From Nitrosopumilus sp. (GTDB lineage Archaea; Thermoproteota; Nitrososphaeria; Nitrososphaerales; Nitrosopumilaceae), in assembly GCA_965203315.1 (NCBI GenBank), contig OZ241857.1:448001-512000 (forward strand): a stretch of 64,000 nt of DNA, given 5' to 3'. Positions within the stretch are counted from its first letter, which is position 1. Each line of letters begins with the position of its first letter. A program made the position numbers and the translations under genes. Positions 22,691 through 33,611 of the stretch are shown here, in pieces. The notes beneath the pieces were generated by a model. The model was not told the DNA's origin and ran no database searches. It worked only from the letters and a program-made list of their open reading frames with translations.

Positions 22691-23223
22691 TGGATCTCAA
22701 ACAAGCCGAGTTAATTTTAATGGATAATCTGAAAGGGAGTAAAAATAAAAAGAATGATATTTTGAGTATTGCTAAAGCAGTAAACGTTGTAAAGAATCAT
22801 TATACCACATCAGATATAAAAACCATGTTTGAGATCACTCCTACTAGTGTTAATAGAATAAATGCAATAAATAAACTAAATACATATTCTAAAAAATTAA
22901 TAAAACAGAGAAAAATAAAAATTGAGCAAACATATCACTTATCTCGATTAGATGGAAAAAGGCAAGATGAGGCAGCTCGAATTGTTGCGTCTATGAATGC
23001 ACACAACTCCAGAATATTTGTGAATATGCTTTTGGCACAACCAACCAAAACTGTTAAAGAATGTAAAAACATTTTTGATAAATCTAGAAATGACGATATA
23101 TCTCTAGCTGTAGTACCTATGCCAAACGACGTATACAATAGCTTAGAAAGAATTGCAACAAAGAATAAAAAAGAGCCACAAGATATTATTTTACAGTTGG
23201 TGGAGGATTACATTGGTCGATGA
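22690..23223 (+). CDS. ParB C-terminal-like HTH protein with a possible ribbon-helix-helix tail
   Basis: Coupled to the upstream stop; helical; VPMPNDVYNSLERIA at the C-terminus. Confidence 0.5.
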   Translation: MDLKQAELILMDNLKGSKNKKNDILSIAKAVNVVKNHYTTSDIKTMFEITPTSVNRINAINKLNTYSKKLIKQRKIKIEQTYHLSRLDGKRQDEAARIVASMNAHNSRIFVNMLLAQPTKTVKECKNIFDKSRNDDISLAVVPMPNDVYNSLERIATKNKKEPQDIILQLVEDYIGR

Positions 23224-23369
23224 ATTGTTAGATATGAAAAACTTGTCTGCCTCGGAGTTAGACAAAATTAACCATGACTGTGAGGATAACTTACCAAACA
23301 TAACTTCAAGATTTAATGATCAATACATTTCTATCAATGATGACATATCTAAGTCGTCAGCAGAACTAG

Positions 23370-24882
23370 GGTTCTTTTAACTTATCGGGGGGTAGTAAAT
23401 TGACAAATTTGACACTAAATTTTAGAAATAACGAATCATGTATTAAAATATAGAAAAATAATAGAGAATAATTGCAAACTGGTTGTTTGTGATTTAAAAT
23501 TATGACACACTAGTTGGCAAGAGCTGCATTTTCAATCAATATGCGCCATTTATTGTCACCTTGTATTACAATTCCAGCTTTTTCAGCTGGCGTGTTTCCA
23601 TTTAAACTACTATGCGGCCTTATGAAATTATAATTTATCCACATGCCCTCAAAAAATGGACTAGAGGTTGTTTTCAAACCTCTGGGAACTTTTTCACGGT
23701 CTCTTATACTGCCGTTAAAGCGTTCTTGTTTGTTGTTGTTTTTTCTTTTCTTTTGCATGTGAATCTCTTTAATGTGTGTGGGCTTTTTAATTGCAGATTT
23801 AAACGCGTTTTTGATGGCAAAGGGATACACTGGCGAACCATCAGATACCACTTTGCTAGGAACCATTCTTGTAATTTGTTGAGCAGAATTAAACATTTTG
23901 ATTGCATTGTGTCCCTCTTTTGTATCGCCTAGTTCATATGAAATAAAAAATCTTGTAGTACTATCAGTTATTGCAAAGAGCCATTTTATCTCACCATTGA
24001 TCTTGACGTACATCTCATCTGTGTGCCATTTTATCTCACCATTGATCTTGACGTACATCTCATCTGTGTGCCATTTTATCCCAACCTTTGGTGAAAACTT
24101 TGACAAATATGCATGTATTAGTTTAGTGTATTTTACGACCCATTTGTATATGGAAACAAAGGACACTTTACATCCTTGTCGTTTAAAACACTGTTCAATA
24201 GCGACAAAAGACATTCCTGAAAAATACAAGTCTATGGCCAAAGTTATCCATTTGGGATCAACTCTAGCTCGCTCAAATCCTACATTGCCACAGAATTCTC
24301 TGTTACATTTTAGGCATTCATACCTCTGAACGTCACCGCTTTTGTTATGACGTATACCATTTTTGCGAAATTTTCTTAATTTGCAATGCGTGCAACGAAT
24401 AATCTCTGCAGGTTTAATTTTAATTTTCTTTATCAGGTTTTTTAAAAATTCAATAACCAACAAGACATGTTTGACAAATGTTTTCGAACTCTAATACCAT
24501 TGCAGGAACAACACCAACAAGATTTATCTTTTTTAATTTTATACGTTTTATTCTCTTGTTTGGATTTAACTGTATAGCGATTGTTCCTTCTCGCTTTAAT
24601 TGAGTACTTGTCGCTAACGATTTTTTCTATCTGCATTAATTCTTGCTCCATAATTACCTCAAAATCGATACCATATATAGATCTTTCGGAATAAATCTAC
24701 TATTTCAAAAATATTTTACTGCCAATATGTAAAAAATCTTAATTACAAAAACACGTGTGCGACTTTTATTAGATGAAATAACACACGATATCGAAAAACA
24801 AGGTCGTTATGAAATTTTAACACTCAACTCGCTGATTAAAAACACCAAAAACAACGTCATCTCCCGTTAAGTTAAAAGAACC
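23370..24882 (-). mobile_element. IS6-family element, defective
   Basis: TIRs ggttcttttaactta / taagttaaaagaacc; no matching TSD. Confidence 0.8.
23510..24651 (-). pseudogene. IS6 transposase, frameshifted, with an internal 45-bp duplication
   Basis: ORFs 24442-24651 and 23510-24463; IKWHTDEMYVKINGE occurs twice. Confidence 0.8.
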
Positions 24883-25041
24883 GAGCGAGCTATACGATCA
24901 ATGGTGCTATTCCGCAAGGTAACTCAACGTATTGTATCTGTGGAGAGTAAACGACGAGTTGGCAATATCTTTACATGTGTAACAACATGGGAGCAACAAG
25001 GTCTCAACGTCTATGATACACTCCTAAAAGTTGTGCGTGAG
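24883..25041 (+). pseudogene. C-terminal remnant of an IS66-like transposase
   Basis: Translates ERAIRSMVLFRKVTQRI...TTWEQQGLNVYD. Confidence 0.55.
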
Positions 25042-25163
25042 ACCTAACCTCATACTGGAAGACTATGCGGGGTATCAAACGGCACACATGCGACGAGATT
25101 TGAAAGAATGTTACTTACCAATATATCAAATAAATTTTTATGATGTTATTCTAGATTACATAC

Positions 25164-25571
25164 ATGAGTGATGTGGCATATGAGATTTTACCAAAATGTA
25201 CAGTCACTAGATCGTTAAACGATGATACCAGTACAGTATTGAGCCGATCAACGACTATTGTCTTTTGTACCATGCATGACAGAGAACCACATATTGCTCC
25301 CGTGTGGTTTGTTACATACAGTAACAAAATCCTAGTTGGTAAAGACATGTTTCACCAGTACAAGCAACTAATGCATAACAAGTATCAAGATCTAAAGATT
25401 AATCGTTTTGTTGAGAGCATAGAGTATATGACTGTACTAATTCTGGCGATAGTCATAACATTGATTCCGAGAGATACAACACAAGGAGAACCTATGATCT
25501 ATACTAGAGGTAATAGTCCTTACCGTAACATGCCACAAAAAATTAACTCAGAGAAAGGAGGCAAGGAATGA
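25164..25571 (+). pseudogene. Degenerate copy of the pyridoxamine-5'-phosphate oxidase-like gene at 29059
   Basis: Shares EPHIAPVWF and YKQLMHNKYQD; internal deletion and unrelated 3' end. Confidence 0.6.
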
Positions 25572-27877
25572 AGAAGAATACTGACCCACTAGAATCTGCA
25601 ACTAGAAAAAAGATAGACCAAATCCTAATCAATCTAGAATGGAATACTGACGAATTTTCTAACAAGTGTAACGTGTTTACAGAAAGAGTAAAGACCAAAG
25701 AACAAACAAAACTGCTTAAAAAGATTAGTGGTTACAAAAAACCGCCAGACTATGTTTTGTATGAATCCAATACGGACAAACCTATAGCAATTATTGAAGC
25801 TAAGAGAATTGGACAATCCATGGAAGGTGCACTAAACCAAGCAATTACAAATTATGCAGAACCTCTCAATGTAGATTTAATCTTCACTACAGACGGAACA
25901 ATCGTTCAAGCATTTGATAACCGTAGTAAAAATAATCTCCTTATGGATGATCAAATAGTTACTGATTTTCTTGATGAGCAAACAGTTTTGAAATTTATTG
26001 AGGATGGTTACAAACTATACACTTCTGAAAAATTCTCCCACACAAAACGTGAACTAATTGAAATTTTTTCAAACGCAAATGATATTTTGAGAGAAGAGGG
26101 AATAAGGCAAGGAATTGAGAGATTTACCGAATTTTCTAATTTATTGTTCCTGAAATTAATCAGTGAAAAAGAAAAAGCACGAGAAGCTAAAGGTGAGAAA
26201 AGAATATTAGAAAAAAAATACTGTTGGGAATCATTCTGTGACAAAGAGCCAGAACTTGTACTGGATTACATTAACAAAATCATTCTTCCAAGATTAGTTG
26301 ACAGATACAATGGCAGTGGAGAGGTTTTTCAGAAGGAATTGAAGATAAAAACACCTGAAATTCTTAAAGAAATTGTAGATCAACTATCTACTCTTAAACT
26401 ATATGATACTGATTCTGATGTAAAAGGTGATGCATTTGAGTACTTTTTAAAAAATGCCCTAATCGTAGGCAAGGATTTGGGAGAACATTTCACACCTAGA
26501 AACATAGTCAAACTAATGGTAGATTTGATTAGTCCTAGTTTTGGTGAAAAAGTTTATGATCCTGCATGTGGTACAGGCGGATTTTTGATAGAAGCATTCA
26601 GACACATCAAAGCTAAAATTAAACATACTAGAGATAACATAAAAGTTTTAGAACAAGACACAATCTATGGACGAGAGTTAACTGCAACTGCAAAGATAGC
26701 CAAAATGAACATGATTGTGAGCGGAGATGGACACACAAACATTCAACAGATGGATAGCCTAAAAAATCCACTTAAAAACGAGTATGAGACAATTCTTACA
26801 AACATACCCTTTTCACAAAAAACCAAACATTCAAGTCTTCATGGGTTTACTACCACCGATGCAAACCCTGTATTTTTGAAACATGTTATAGATGCCTTAA
26901 GCGATGGTGGAAGATCTGCTGTCATTGTTCCTGATGGATTATTATTTGACAAAGGCTCGGAATACCAAAAAATCCGAAAGATACTGCTTACAACTTGTAA
27001 TGTAATAGCTATAATCCAATTACATCCTTATGTTTTCTCACCATACACCAAACAGCCCACATGTATAGTTGTTTTCCAGAAAGGACAATCGACTAAAGAT
27101 GTATGGTTCTTTGAGGTGGATAATGATGGGTTCAAGAAGACAGACAGTAAGAAAGGAAGGCCACCCATTGAGAAAGATGATTTGAAATTGTTAAGAGAGA
27201 TTTGGAATGACAAATCTGATTCATCCCATTCTTTCTCGATAAATTATAAAACAATCGAAAAAAACTATTACAAGTTGAACATGAATGCATACAAGCAAAG
27301 AAAAACACGTAAAGTTCCCACTATGCCTCTAAGCGAACTATGTACTATAGATATTGGTGGAACCCCTCCAAGAGGAAATCGAGAGTATTGGACAGGAGAC
27401 CATGTTTGGGTAAAAATTGCCGATATGTTAGGTAAAAAAACAATTACTGAATCTGGAGAAACCATCACTGACAAAGGCATTGAAAAATCCAACGTAAAAG
27501 AACTCAAAGAGGGAACTTTGTTGTTTAGTTTTAAACTCACGCTGGGTAGAGTGGCATTTGCGGGAAAGGCTCTATACACAAATGAAGCAATAGCAGGATT
27601 AAACCCAATAGATAAGGATGATAAATATTTGATGAGATATTTGTACTATATACTACCTACTCTTGATTTTGCACCGTGGTCCCAAAGAGCTACCAAAGGA
27701 TTCACAATGAACAAGGATTCGATAGGAGATATTGAGATTCCAATGCCCTCGCCCTATATGCGACAAAAAATTGTCGAGACGGGAGAGAATAATGAAGAGA
27801 GAAAACAAGATCTTTTTGACCAAATTGACAAAATCGATGATTCGCAGATCGATTTTATTAAAAAATCAACTTGTTGA
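25568..27877 (+). CDS. Single-chain type I-like/IIG RM enzyme (HsdR_N nuclease, N6-MTase, one TRD)
   Basis: PDY..IIEAK, GEHFTPR, DPACGTGGF, TNIPF, GGTP..WVKIAD..TNEAI. Confidence 0.85.
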   Translation: MKKNTDPLESATRKKIDQILINLEWNTDEFSNKCNVFTERVKTKEQTKLLKKISGYKKPPDYVLYESNTDKPIAIIEAKRIGQSMEGALNQAITNYAEPLNVDLIFTTDGTIVQAFDNRSKNNLLMDDQIVTDFLDEQTVLKFIEDGYKLYTSEKFSHTKRELIEIFSNANDILREEGIRQGIERFTEFSNLLFLKLISEKEKAREAKGEKRILEKKYCWESFCDKEPELVLDYINKIILPRLVDRYNGSGEVFQKELKIKTPEILKEIVDQLSTLKLYDTDSDVKGDAFEYFLKNALIVGKDLGEHFTPRNIVKLMVDLISPSFGEKVYDPACGTGGFLIEAFRHIKAKIKHTRDNIKVLEQDTIYGRELTATAKIAKMNMIVSGDGHTNIQQMDSLKNPLKNEYETILTNIPFSQKTKHSSLHGFTTTDANPVFLKHVIDALSDGGRSAVIVPDGLLFDKGSEYQKIRKILLTTCNVIAIIQLHPYVFSPYTKQPTCIVVFQKGQSTKDVWFFEVDNDGFKKTDSKKGRPPIEKDDLKLLREIWNDKSDSSHSFSINYKTIEKNYYKLNMNAYKQRKTRKVPTMPLSELCTIDIGGTPPRGNREYWTGDHVWVKIADMLGKKTITESGETITDKGIEKSNVKELKEGTLLFSFKLTLGRVAFAGKALYTNEAIAGLNPIDKDDKYLMRYLYYILPTLDFAPWSQRATKGFTMNKDSIGDIEIPMPSPYMRQKIVETGENNEERKQDLFDQIDKIDDSQIDFIKKSTC

Positions 27878-28237
27878 CTATCTCCAGACACCGTAAATGT
27901 TCGTGTAAGTTTTGGCGTCTAGGGCGCAATCGACTCAAGCGTGGGCTCGGGAGGAAGGATAATTCTACTGCGAGTATAATTCCGGGAACTCTCCTAAATC
28001 CTAACTGTCACAACAAGTTGGGATAACCACCACTCTCTTGTTGATCGATATGGACTTTGATGCTGTTCTCATCGTATGGTGTGATGATCATTTGATATCA
28101 TAAGGTTTCTGAATATAGTTTTATGAGCAGACTCGTCAACCCGTATATCTTCAAACTGTAACCGCATTGTTTCGAGATTGGTCACAAGTCGGTGTTCACT
28201 AAAAGTCTTTTATTAATGAAAATCATATTGTCATGTA

Positions 28238-29044
28238 TTGAATGTAGATGAATTTGGACCAGCCCCTCGAAAGAATGGACTGCTTTATCCAGGCAAACGC
28301 CCATCACAGTCATACGTGATGTGTGGCAATAGCATATCGCTTATCAGTCCAGTATCTCCACTAAAAGACACTCTGGTATCAACCAACCATGGAACGCTAT
28401 CCTTGATAGAGTTCTTACGTCTACATGATACCGATATTGGCAACAGATATTGTGTGATTGGATACGGTTCAAACGCATGTCCTGCACAGCTGCATGAAAA
28501 ATTTAATGATGATGTATTGATCGTCTTGCGTGGTACATTACAAAACTATGACATAGTATACGCAAATGCTATAACAAAGTATGGCTCTATACCTGCCACT
28601 ATAATCGACTCACCTGGTACCACTGTACAAGTATGGTGCAACATACTAGATGAAGAACAGCTGTACACAATGGATGAGACGGAGGGTAGAGACACATCAT
28701 ATATCATGGGCAAGCTAAACGGTACAGTCAGACTAGATGGTCTCAGTAAATATGCCGCATATAGTTATGTTCATTCTCAAGGAGCACTAAACTACAAGGG
28801 TAAACCTATACGAATAGCAGATATACCTGCAACAAATCCCATCCATGACAGCTTGAATCAGATCGAGATGTTAGAACTATTCTCTAATATCATAAACGAA
28901 CCAAAAGTAGCACCAAGTTTTATCAAAGATATCATCAAATATCGAGTAAAATATACTAAAAAGCTACACGACCTATCAAAAGGCATACATTCAACACAAT
29001 TTGAGAGACTACCACGTCCTAGTGTGCCAGACACTTTTTTATAA
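28238..29044 (+). CDS. Gamma-glutamylcyclotransferase-like fold protein
   Basis: IGYGSN motif and MDETEG. Confidence 0.5.
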   Translation: MNVDEFGPAPRKNGLLYPGKRPSQSYVMCGNSISLISPVSPLKDTLVSTNHGTLSLIEFLRLHDTDIGNRYCVIGYGSNACPAQLHEKFNDDVLIVLRGTLQNYDIVYANAITKYGSIPATIIDSPGTTVQVWCNILDEEQLYTMDETEGRDTSYIMGKLNGTVRLDGLSKYAAYSYVHSQGALNYKGKPIRIADIPATNPIHDSLNQIEMLELFSNIINEPKVAPSFIKDIIKYRVKYTKKLHDLSKGIHSTQFERLPRPSVPDTFL

Positions 29045-29058
29045 TGTAGTGATACAAC

Positions 29059-29472
29059 ATGTACATGACTGATGCTGCATACAAACTTGTTCCCAAATGC
29101 ACCATTACCAGATCATTGGATGACATCAGCTGTAACATACTGGACAGATCAAAGATTATTGTTTTTTGTACAATACACAACATAGAACCACATGTCGCTC
29201 CCGTATGGTTCGCCACATACAACAATACAGTACTAGTTGGCAGTGTAAAGATATCTAAAAAGATCAAAAACATACAAAACAATCCATCAGTAGCATTATG
29301 TACGGACAATATCAGAATAACAGGCACTGCAAGTATCTCAGACGATAAAGATTTGTCGTACCAATACAAACAACTAATGCATGACAAGTATCAAGACCCA
29401 AAGATCAATCGTTTTGTTGAACACATAAAACACATTATTGTAATAACTCCAGTGAGAGTCACAACATGGTAG
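29059..29472 (+). CDS. Pyridoxamine-5'-phosphate oxidase-like (FMN/F420 split barrel) protein
   Basis: PHVAPVWF, SKKIKNIQNNPSVAL, ITGTA. Confidence 0.75.
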   Translation: MYMTDAAYKLVPKCTITRSLDDISCNILDRSKIIVFCTIHNIEPHVAPVWFATYNNTVLVGSVKISKKIKNIQNNPSVALCTDNIRITGTASISDDKDLSYQYKQLMHDKYQDPKINRFVEHIKHIIVITPVRVTTW

Positions 29473-30014
29473 AGATACTGCTAGTAGATAACGGCACTAA
29501 ATATATCAAAGATCTAAAAAACACCTTGAATGGATACAACTTTACCTGTATTGTCTATGACAAGCTGGTTGATACCAGTTTGGATGTTTTTGATGGTTTT
29601 ATCTTATCGGGAGGTAGAGGCGGTACCATACAAGATATTACAAATTACAAGATCATAGAACATTGTCACACTTGTAATAAAACCCTCTTGGGAATATGCT
29701 ATGGTTCAGAATTGTTGGCGTTATACCGTGATTGCAAGTTAGGACGTCTTTATGGACTACGTCATTTACATCAAGATATTGTAATCAACTTTACACTACT
29801 CGACAAACATACGATAAACGTCTTTTCCAGTCATAGATACTTTATCAGTGAACTGTCACCAAGTGTACACATATTGTCTAGATCAAGCATACCAGAGATG
29901 ATACACATTAAAGATACCAACATGTATGGTACACAGTTTCATCCTGAAAAGACTATTGACGGTCAAAATATCATACACGTATTATTCAATCTGTTTTCGA
30001 GATCTAAACATTGA
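29466..30014 (+). CDS. Class I glutamine amidotransferase
   Basis: LVDNG, ILSGG, LGICYG, TQFHPE. Confidence 0.85.
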   Translation: MVEILLVDNGTKYIKDLKNTLNGYNFTCIVYDKLVDTSLDVFDGFILSGGRGGTIQDITNYKIIEHCHTCNKTLLGICYGSELLALYRDCKLGRLYGLRHLHQDIVINFTLLDKHTINVFSSHRYFISELSPSVHILSRSSIPEMIHIKDTNMYGTQFHPEKTIDGQNIIHVLFNLFSRSKH

Positions 30015-30232
30015 GGATGTAAAGATACTCCAAACAGTGATTGTCATCAATATGATGGTCCATGGCACACGTCCATCGAGTATGATCTTTTGTACATAGT
30101 CGAGTAAGTCATCAGATGGTGTAGGTAATGGCGATATGTGGAATAGTGGTATAGTGACATGACGAATTAATTTCACTATTATGTCCCTTAAAACACTAAA
30201 ATTCACGCATTGACACAATTTTTAGTGATATC

Positions 30233-30475
30233 TTGAGTACAAAACACAAAAATCTTCTTCTAGCTCTTAAAAATAAAAAGTACGCGCACATACGAACTAG
30301 AATCTTTGGTGTAAAGATGGTTCTAATTGATAAAAACACAATATCACGTACAGCAAGGCATGTTGGCAGGACGGAACGTACCGTGTATAATTGGCTAAGA
30401 CGATACAAGCGAGAAGGAATTGCAGGACTAGAAGACAAACCAGGTAGAGGAAGAAAGCCACTAACACGAGTTTGA
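30233..30475 (+). CDS. Stand-alone HTH paralogous to the IS630 transposase N-terminus
   Basis: VGRTERTVYNWL..GLEDKPGRGRKP versus transposase VGVTERTVYNWL..GLEDKGGRGRKP. Confidence 0.65.
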   Translation: MSTKHKNLLLALKNKKYAHIRTRIFGVKMVLIDKNTISRTARHVGRTERTVYNWLRRYKREGIAGLEDKPGRGRKPLTRV

Positions 30476-30479
30476 CGTA

Positions 30480-31526
30480 TTATGCAACGATCTCTCTTTT
30501 TATGAATGCCAAAAGATCGAGCGTATGTCGTGTCTTTTTTAGATAGTCACGCACAGCAGCTTCCATCTCTTCAACTGTCTCATAGTATACTCCAACTTTG
30601 ATCTCTCGTTTGAGCTGATGCCAATACTCTTCGATTGGATTGAACTCGGGTATTGCTCTTGGCAGATAGACGAGTTTGATATCCTTGCCCTTGATGAACT
30701 CTTCAACATCTTCTCCTTTGTGCGTCTTGGGACCATCGAGCAGCAGTATCACTTTTTTGAAGCGTTTGTACAGGTTTTTCAGAAACTCCAAGAAACAGGC
30801 CTTGTTTGTACTCTCTACTATCTCAAAGTATTGCACTCTACCTTGACCTATTGCCCCCATTACGATCACTTTATCACGTGACCCCTTTGAGGTAGCATAT
30901 ACAGGCCTGCCTATTTTGGTCCAGAATTTAGCACCGTTCTTGGTTTCTAACGTCAAGATTGTCTCGTCCATTGCAAACAGTTTCCAACCTTTCTTCTTGA
31001 GATGTCCATACATGGACAGTACCCTTTTACGGAATGCTTTGATCTCTGGAGGTTTAGCTCGATTTCTGTATGCCGTTTGTGAACGTTTCCTTGACCACCC
31101 TAACTTTTTCATCCTCTTTCTTATCGTATCAAAGTGTTGTTTCACACCCGTCTCGTCTAAAAGTAACTTGTACATGTCTCTAGGTGTTGTTCTTTCTTGA
31201 GTGTCTAGTATTTGCTCATATGTTTCGTCAGGTATCTTGGGTTTTCTTCCACGACCACCCTTGTCTTCCAGCCCAAAAAGAGCCTTTTCGCTAAACAGAT
31301 TGAGCCAATTGTATACTGTACGTTCTGTTACTCCAACAGATTTTGCAGCAAGTGCTACTGTACAGCCATCGACTATGATCATCTTGAGAGCTATGACTTT
31401 GTGTCGTATGTGTTGGTGTTTTCTTTTCTTAAGACCCTTCTTGAGTATTTTTCTCTGTGATCCAGACCATCGTCTGGGCGATTTAGATGTCTTTGAAGTA
31501 TTGACAGATCTCTTTTTTGATGCCAT
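30480..31526 (-). CDS. IS630 transposase
   Basis: MDET, LLDG..H, PEFNPIEEYW. Confidence 0.9.
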   Translation of the reverse strand: MASKKRSVNTSKTSKSPRRWSGSQRKILKKGLKKRKHQHIRHKVIALKMIIVDGCTVALAAKSVGVTERTVYNWLNLFSEKALFGLEDKGGRGRKPKIPDETYEQILDTQERTTPRDMYKLLLDETGVKQHFDTIRKRMKKLGWSRKRSQTAYRNRAKPPEIKAFRKRVLSMYGHLKKKGWKLFAMDETILTLETKNGAKFWTKIGRPVYATSKGSRDKVIVMGAIGQGRVQYFEIVESTNKACFLEFLKNLYKRFKKVILLLDGPKTHKGEDVEEFIKGKDIKLVYLPRAIPEFNPIEEYWHQLKREIKVGVYYETVEEMEAAVRDYLKKTRHTLDLLAFIKREIVA

Positions 31527-32490
31527 TGTAATGTCTAGAACACATTAATTCATAACTTATGATGTCAAAAATAGTTGATACTGAAATTAATTTATCTTGT
31601 CACTATAGTATCACAGATAGGCCAACAATGCATAGTGGTCCAAACCCATTGATCTTCTTCTTTATTTCCCAAGCTAGATGGCGACGTATCTTTACAGGAT
31701 CACCTTGTGATATTTCCAGTTGCGCTCTAGATATTTGATCCATAAATATGAGGTGAATGCTTTTGCCCGTATCACTCAATTGTGGTATATAATCACCATC
31801 TCTAAATGGTTTAAGATTCTTATCATGATGATTTTGCATCTGTGTGCTAAGTGATGTACATTTTACAACTATTGATTTTGTGGGCGATTCTATGATTACT
31901 CGATCTCCATATTCAACATTAATCATCTCTGTCATCTCAGAACACAGAGAGACCATGGGAATCTTACTCTCACGAAATATTGGATTTGAATGTGATCTCA
32001 TCACTGCCTTTTGATAGTTTAGACGCTCTCTGAGCATAGTTGACATCTTGTTTCTAAATCGATATAATTTGCCATGCTGTCTGTTGCTTATTGTTACTGT
32101 ATTGCCAAGGTTTAATCGTAGTGCTTCTCGATATGTCTGATCAAGTGCAACTGTCTTTCCCTCAACAACTTTGGTGTTTCTAGAATACTTGTGACTGTTG
32201 GATATACATACAGCATGTATTTTTAGTCCATTATACGTCAAGAGCACTTGGTCTCTCTCACGAATCTTTTCCTTATTCATGTCGTTTTTATGTAAGATTA
32301 TTATAAAATCACACATAGGTTGAGTCGTAACATTTGTGTGCGTTACTGTTAGTTCTAGCATCGATTCATAGTTGGCACTATCTTTTAATATAGCATATCA
32401 TGTTCAAAATTGACGATTTTGTCAAAAATACTAGACAATTGATATTAGCTCTAGTACCAGATGAACTAGGCATACAAGCGAATCTACACA

Positions 32491-32826
32491 CTAGTCCAAG
32501 AGATATGACTTTGTGAGTATGTCAGATGTCCGTACACCATCAGATTCATCGTTTGTTGTTACATTTGTATTGGATTGTGGTTTATCAACAGTTTTTTGTG
32601 TATTTGTATAATCCTCTGGTTTGATACCGAGACGCAACATGTGTAGCTGCTCATCAAGATCAATTCCAAGTCTATCTAGTTTCTCTTTGTGTTCATACAA
32701 GAATGCAATGTCTTGCGCAATCTCGTCTATTCGTTTACGTAAGCGATGTTTGTACGCGTATCGTTTTGTAGGCTCCAAAGTACGTGGCGATGTAATCACA
32801 CGTTTTTCTTTGACACTTAGAGCCAT
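32491..32826 (-). CDS. Small basic helical protein, paralogue 3 downstream of the actin-like gene
   Basis: MALSVKEKRVITSP..YKHRLRKRIDEIAQDIAFL; SD gaggtg. Confidence 0.65.
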   Translation of the reverse strand: MALSVKEKRVITSPRTLEPTKRYAYKHRLRKRIDEIAQDIAFLYEHKEKLDRLGIDLDEQLHMLRLGIKPEDYTNTQKTVDKPQSNTNVTTNDESDGVRTSDILTKSYLLD

Positions 32827-32908
32827 GTTGACCACCTCGACACATTCATGGTACAGACATGTGTTCTGATCTTTGCATCTGTTTCAAAGTTCAATAAACA
32901 TCTCAAAT

Positions 32909-33244
32909 CTACCAACCTCCATTCTCCTGATATCGTCTACTCTTTGATGTGCTAGATTGTTCAATATTTGATACGGATTTGCTCTCCGTATCGGAATGTT
33001 GTGACTGAATCGTATGCGGTATGTGTAATTTATCTGGCATCTTGTATGTACAATTCAACATTGAATAGTCCTCAATCTTGATTCCAATGCCAGACAGTTG
33101 TTCAATATTATCATTTAAGAACGTCACGTCATCTTGTATCTCCTTTAGTCTTTTACGTAGGCGATGTTTGTACAGACTCTTGTTTGCAGGAGAAAATGTT
33201 GCAGGTGCGGTTACTATTTGTCTCTCTCTAATACTCAAACCCAT
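32909..33244 (-). CDS. Small basic helical protein, paralogue 2
   Basis: MGLSIRERQIVTAP..YKHRLRKRLKEIQDDVTFL; SD ggagtgg. Confidence 0.65.
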   Translation of the reverse strand: MGLSIRERQIVTAPATFSPANKSLYKHRLRKRLKEIQDDVTFLNDNIEQLSGIGIKIEDYSMLNCTYKMPDKLHIPHTIQSQHSDTESKSVSNIEQSSTSKSRRYQENGGW

Positions 33245-33311
33245 CTCGACCACTCCATATTTACAGATATTGGCTCTGTATGTGTACCTGTCTTGTAGAT
33301 CAGCAAGGGTT

Positions 33312-33611
33312 TCAAGCAGATCGACTCCTGTTATCTCGTAATCGTTTATTGGTACATTTGCAGTTTCGTTCTTTGATGTGTACGACAGACTTTGAGTCTG
33401 TATCGGATTTATCATATTTTGATATTAAAAGATAGTCATCAATTTTAATCCCCAGACTAGCTAGATGCTCAATGTTATTACACAAGAATTCTAGATCATC
33501 TGCTATCTCTTTTAGTCTAGTTCGGATACGGCGCTTGTATAATTTCTTGTTTGCAGCAGACAAGACTCCTGGCGAACTGACCACTTGTCTCTCTATATCA
33601 CTTAGACACAT
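33312..33611 (-). CDS. Small basic helical protein, paralogue 1
   Basis: MCLSDIERQVVSSP..YKRRIRTRLKEIADDLEFL; overlaps the actin-like stop. Confidence 0.65.
   Translation of the reverse strand: MCLSDIERQVVSSPGVLSAANKKLYKRRIRTRLKEIADDLEFLCNNIEHLASLGIKIDDYLLISKYDKSDTDSKSVVHIKERNCKCTNKRLRDNRSRSA

Larger units (their letters stand above)
30152..31605 (-). mobile_element. IS630-family element
   Basis: TIRs tagtgacatgacgaattaatttca / tgaaattaatttatcttgtcacta; TA duplication. Confidence 0.9.
29982..32361 (-). pseudogene. Hypothetical protein with C-terminal TM segments, split by IS630
   Basis: Removing 30152-31605 plus one TA restores the frame GLSVIL-PLFHISP... Confidence 0.65.

Noticed and set aside
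27905-28000. GC-richer intergenic patch as an ncRNA or IS200/IS605 end
   Set aside because: No tRNA cloverleaf, no second copy and no tnpB nearby; evidence is insufficient
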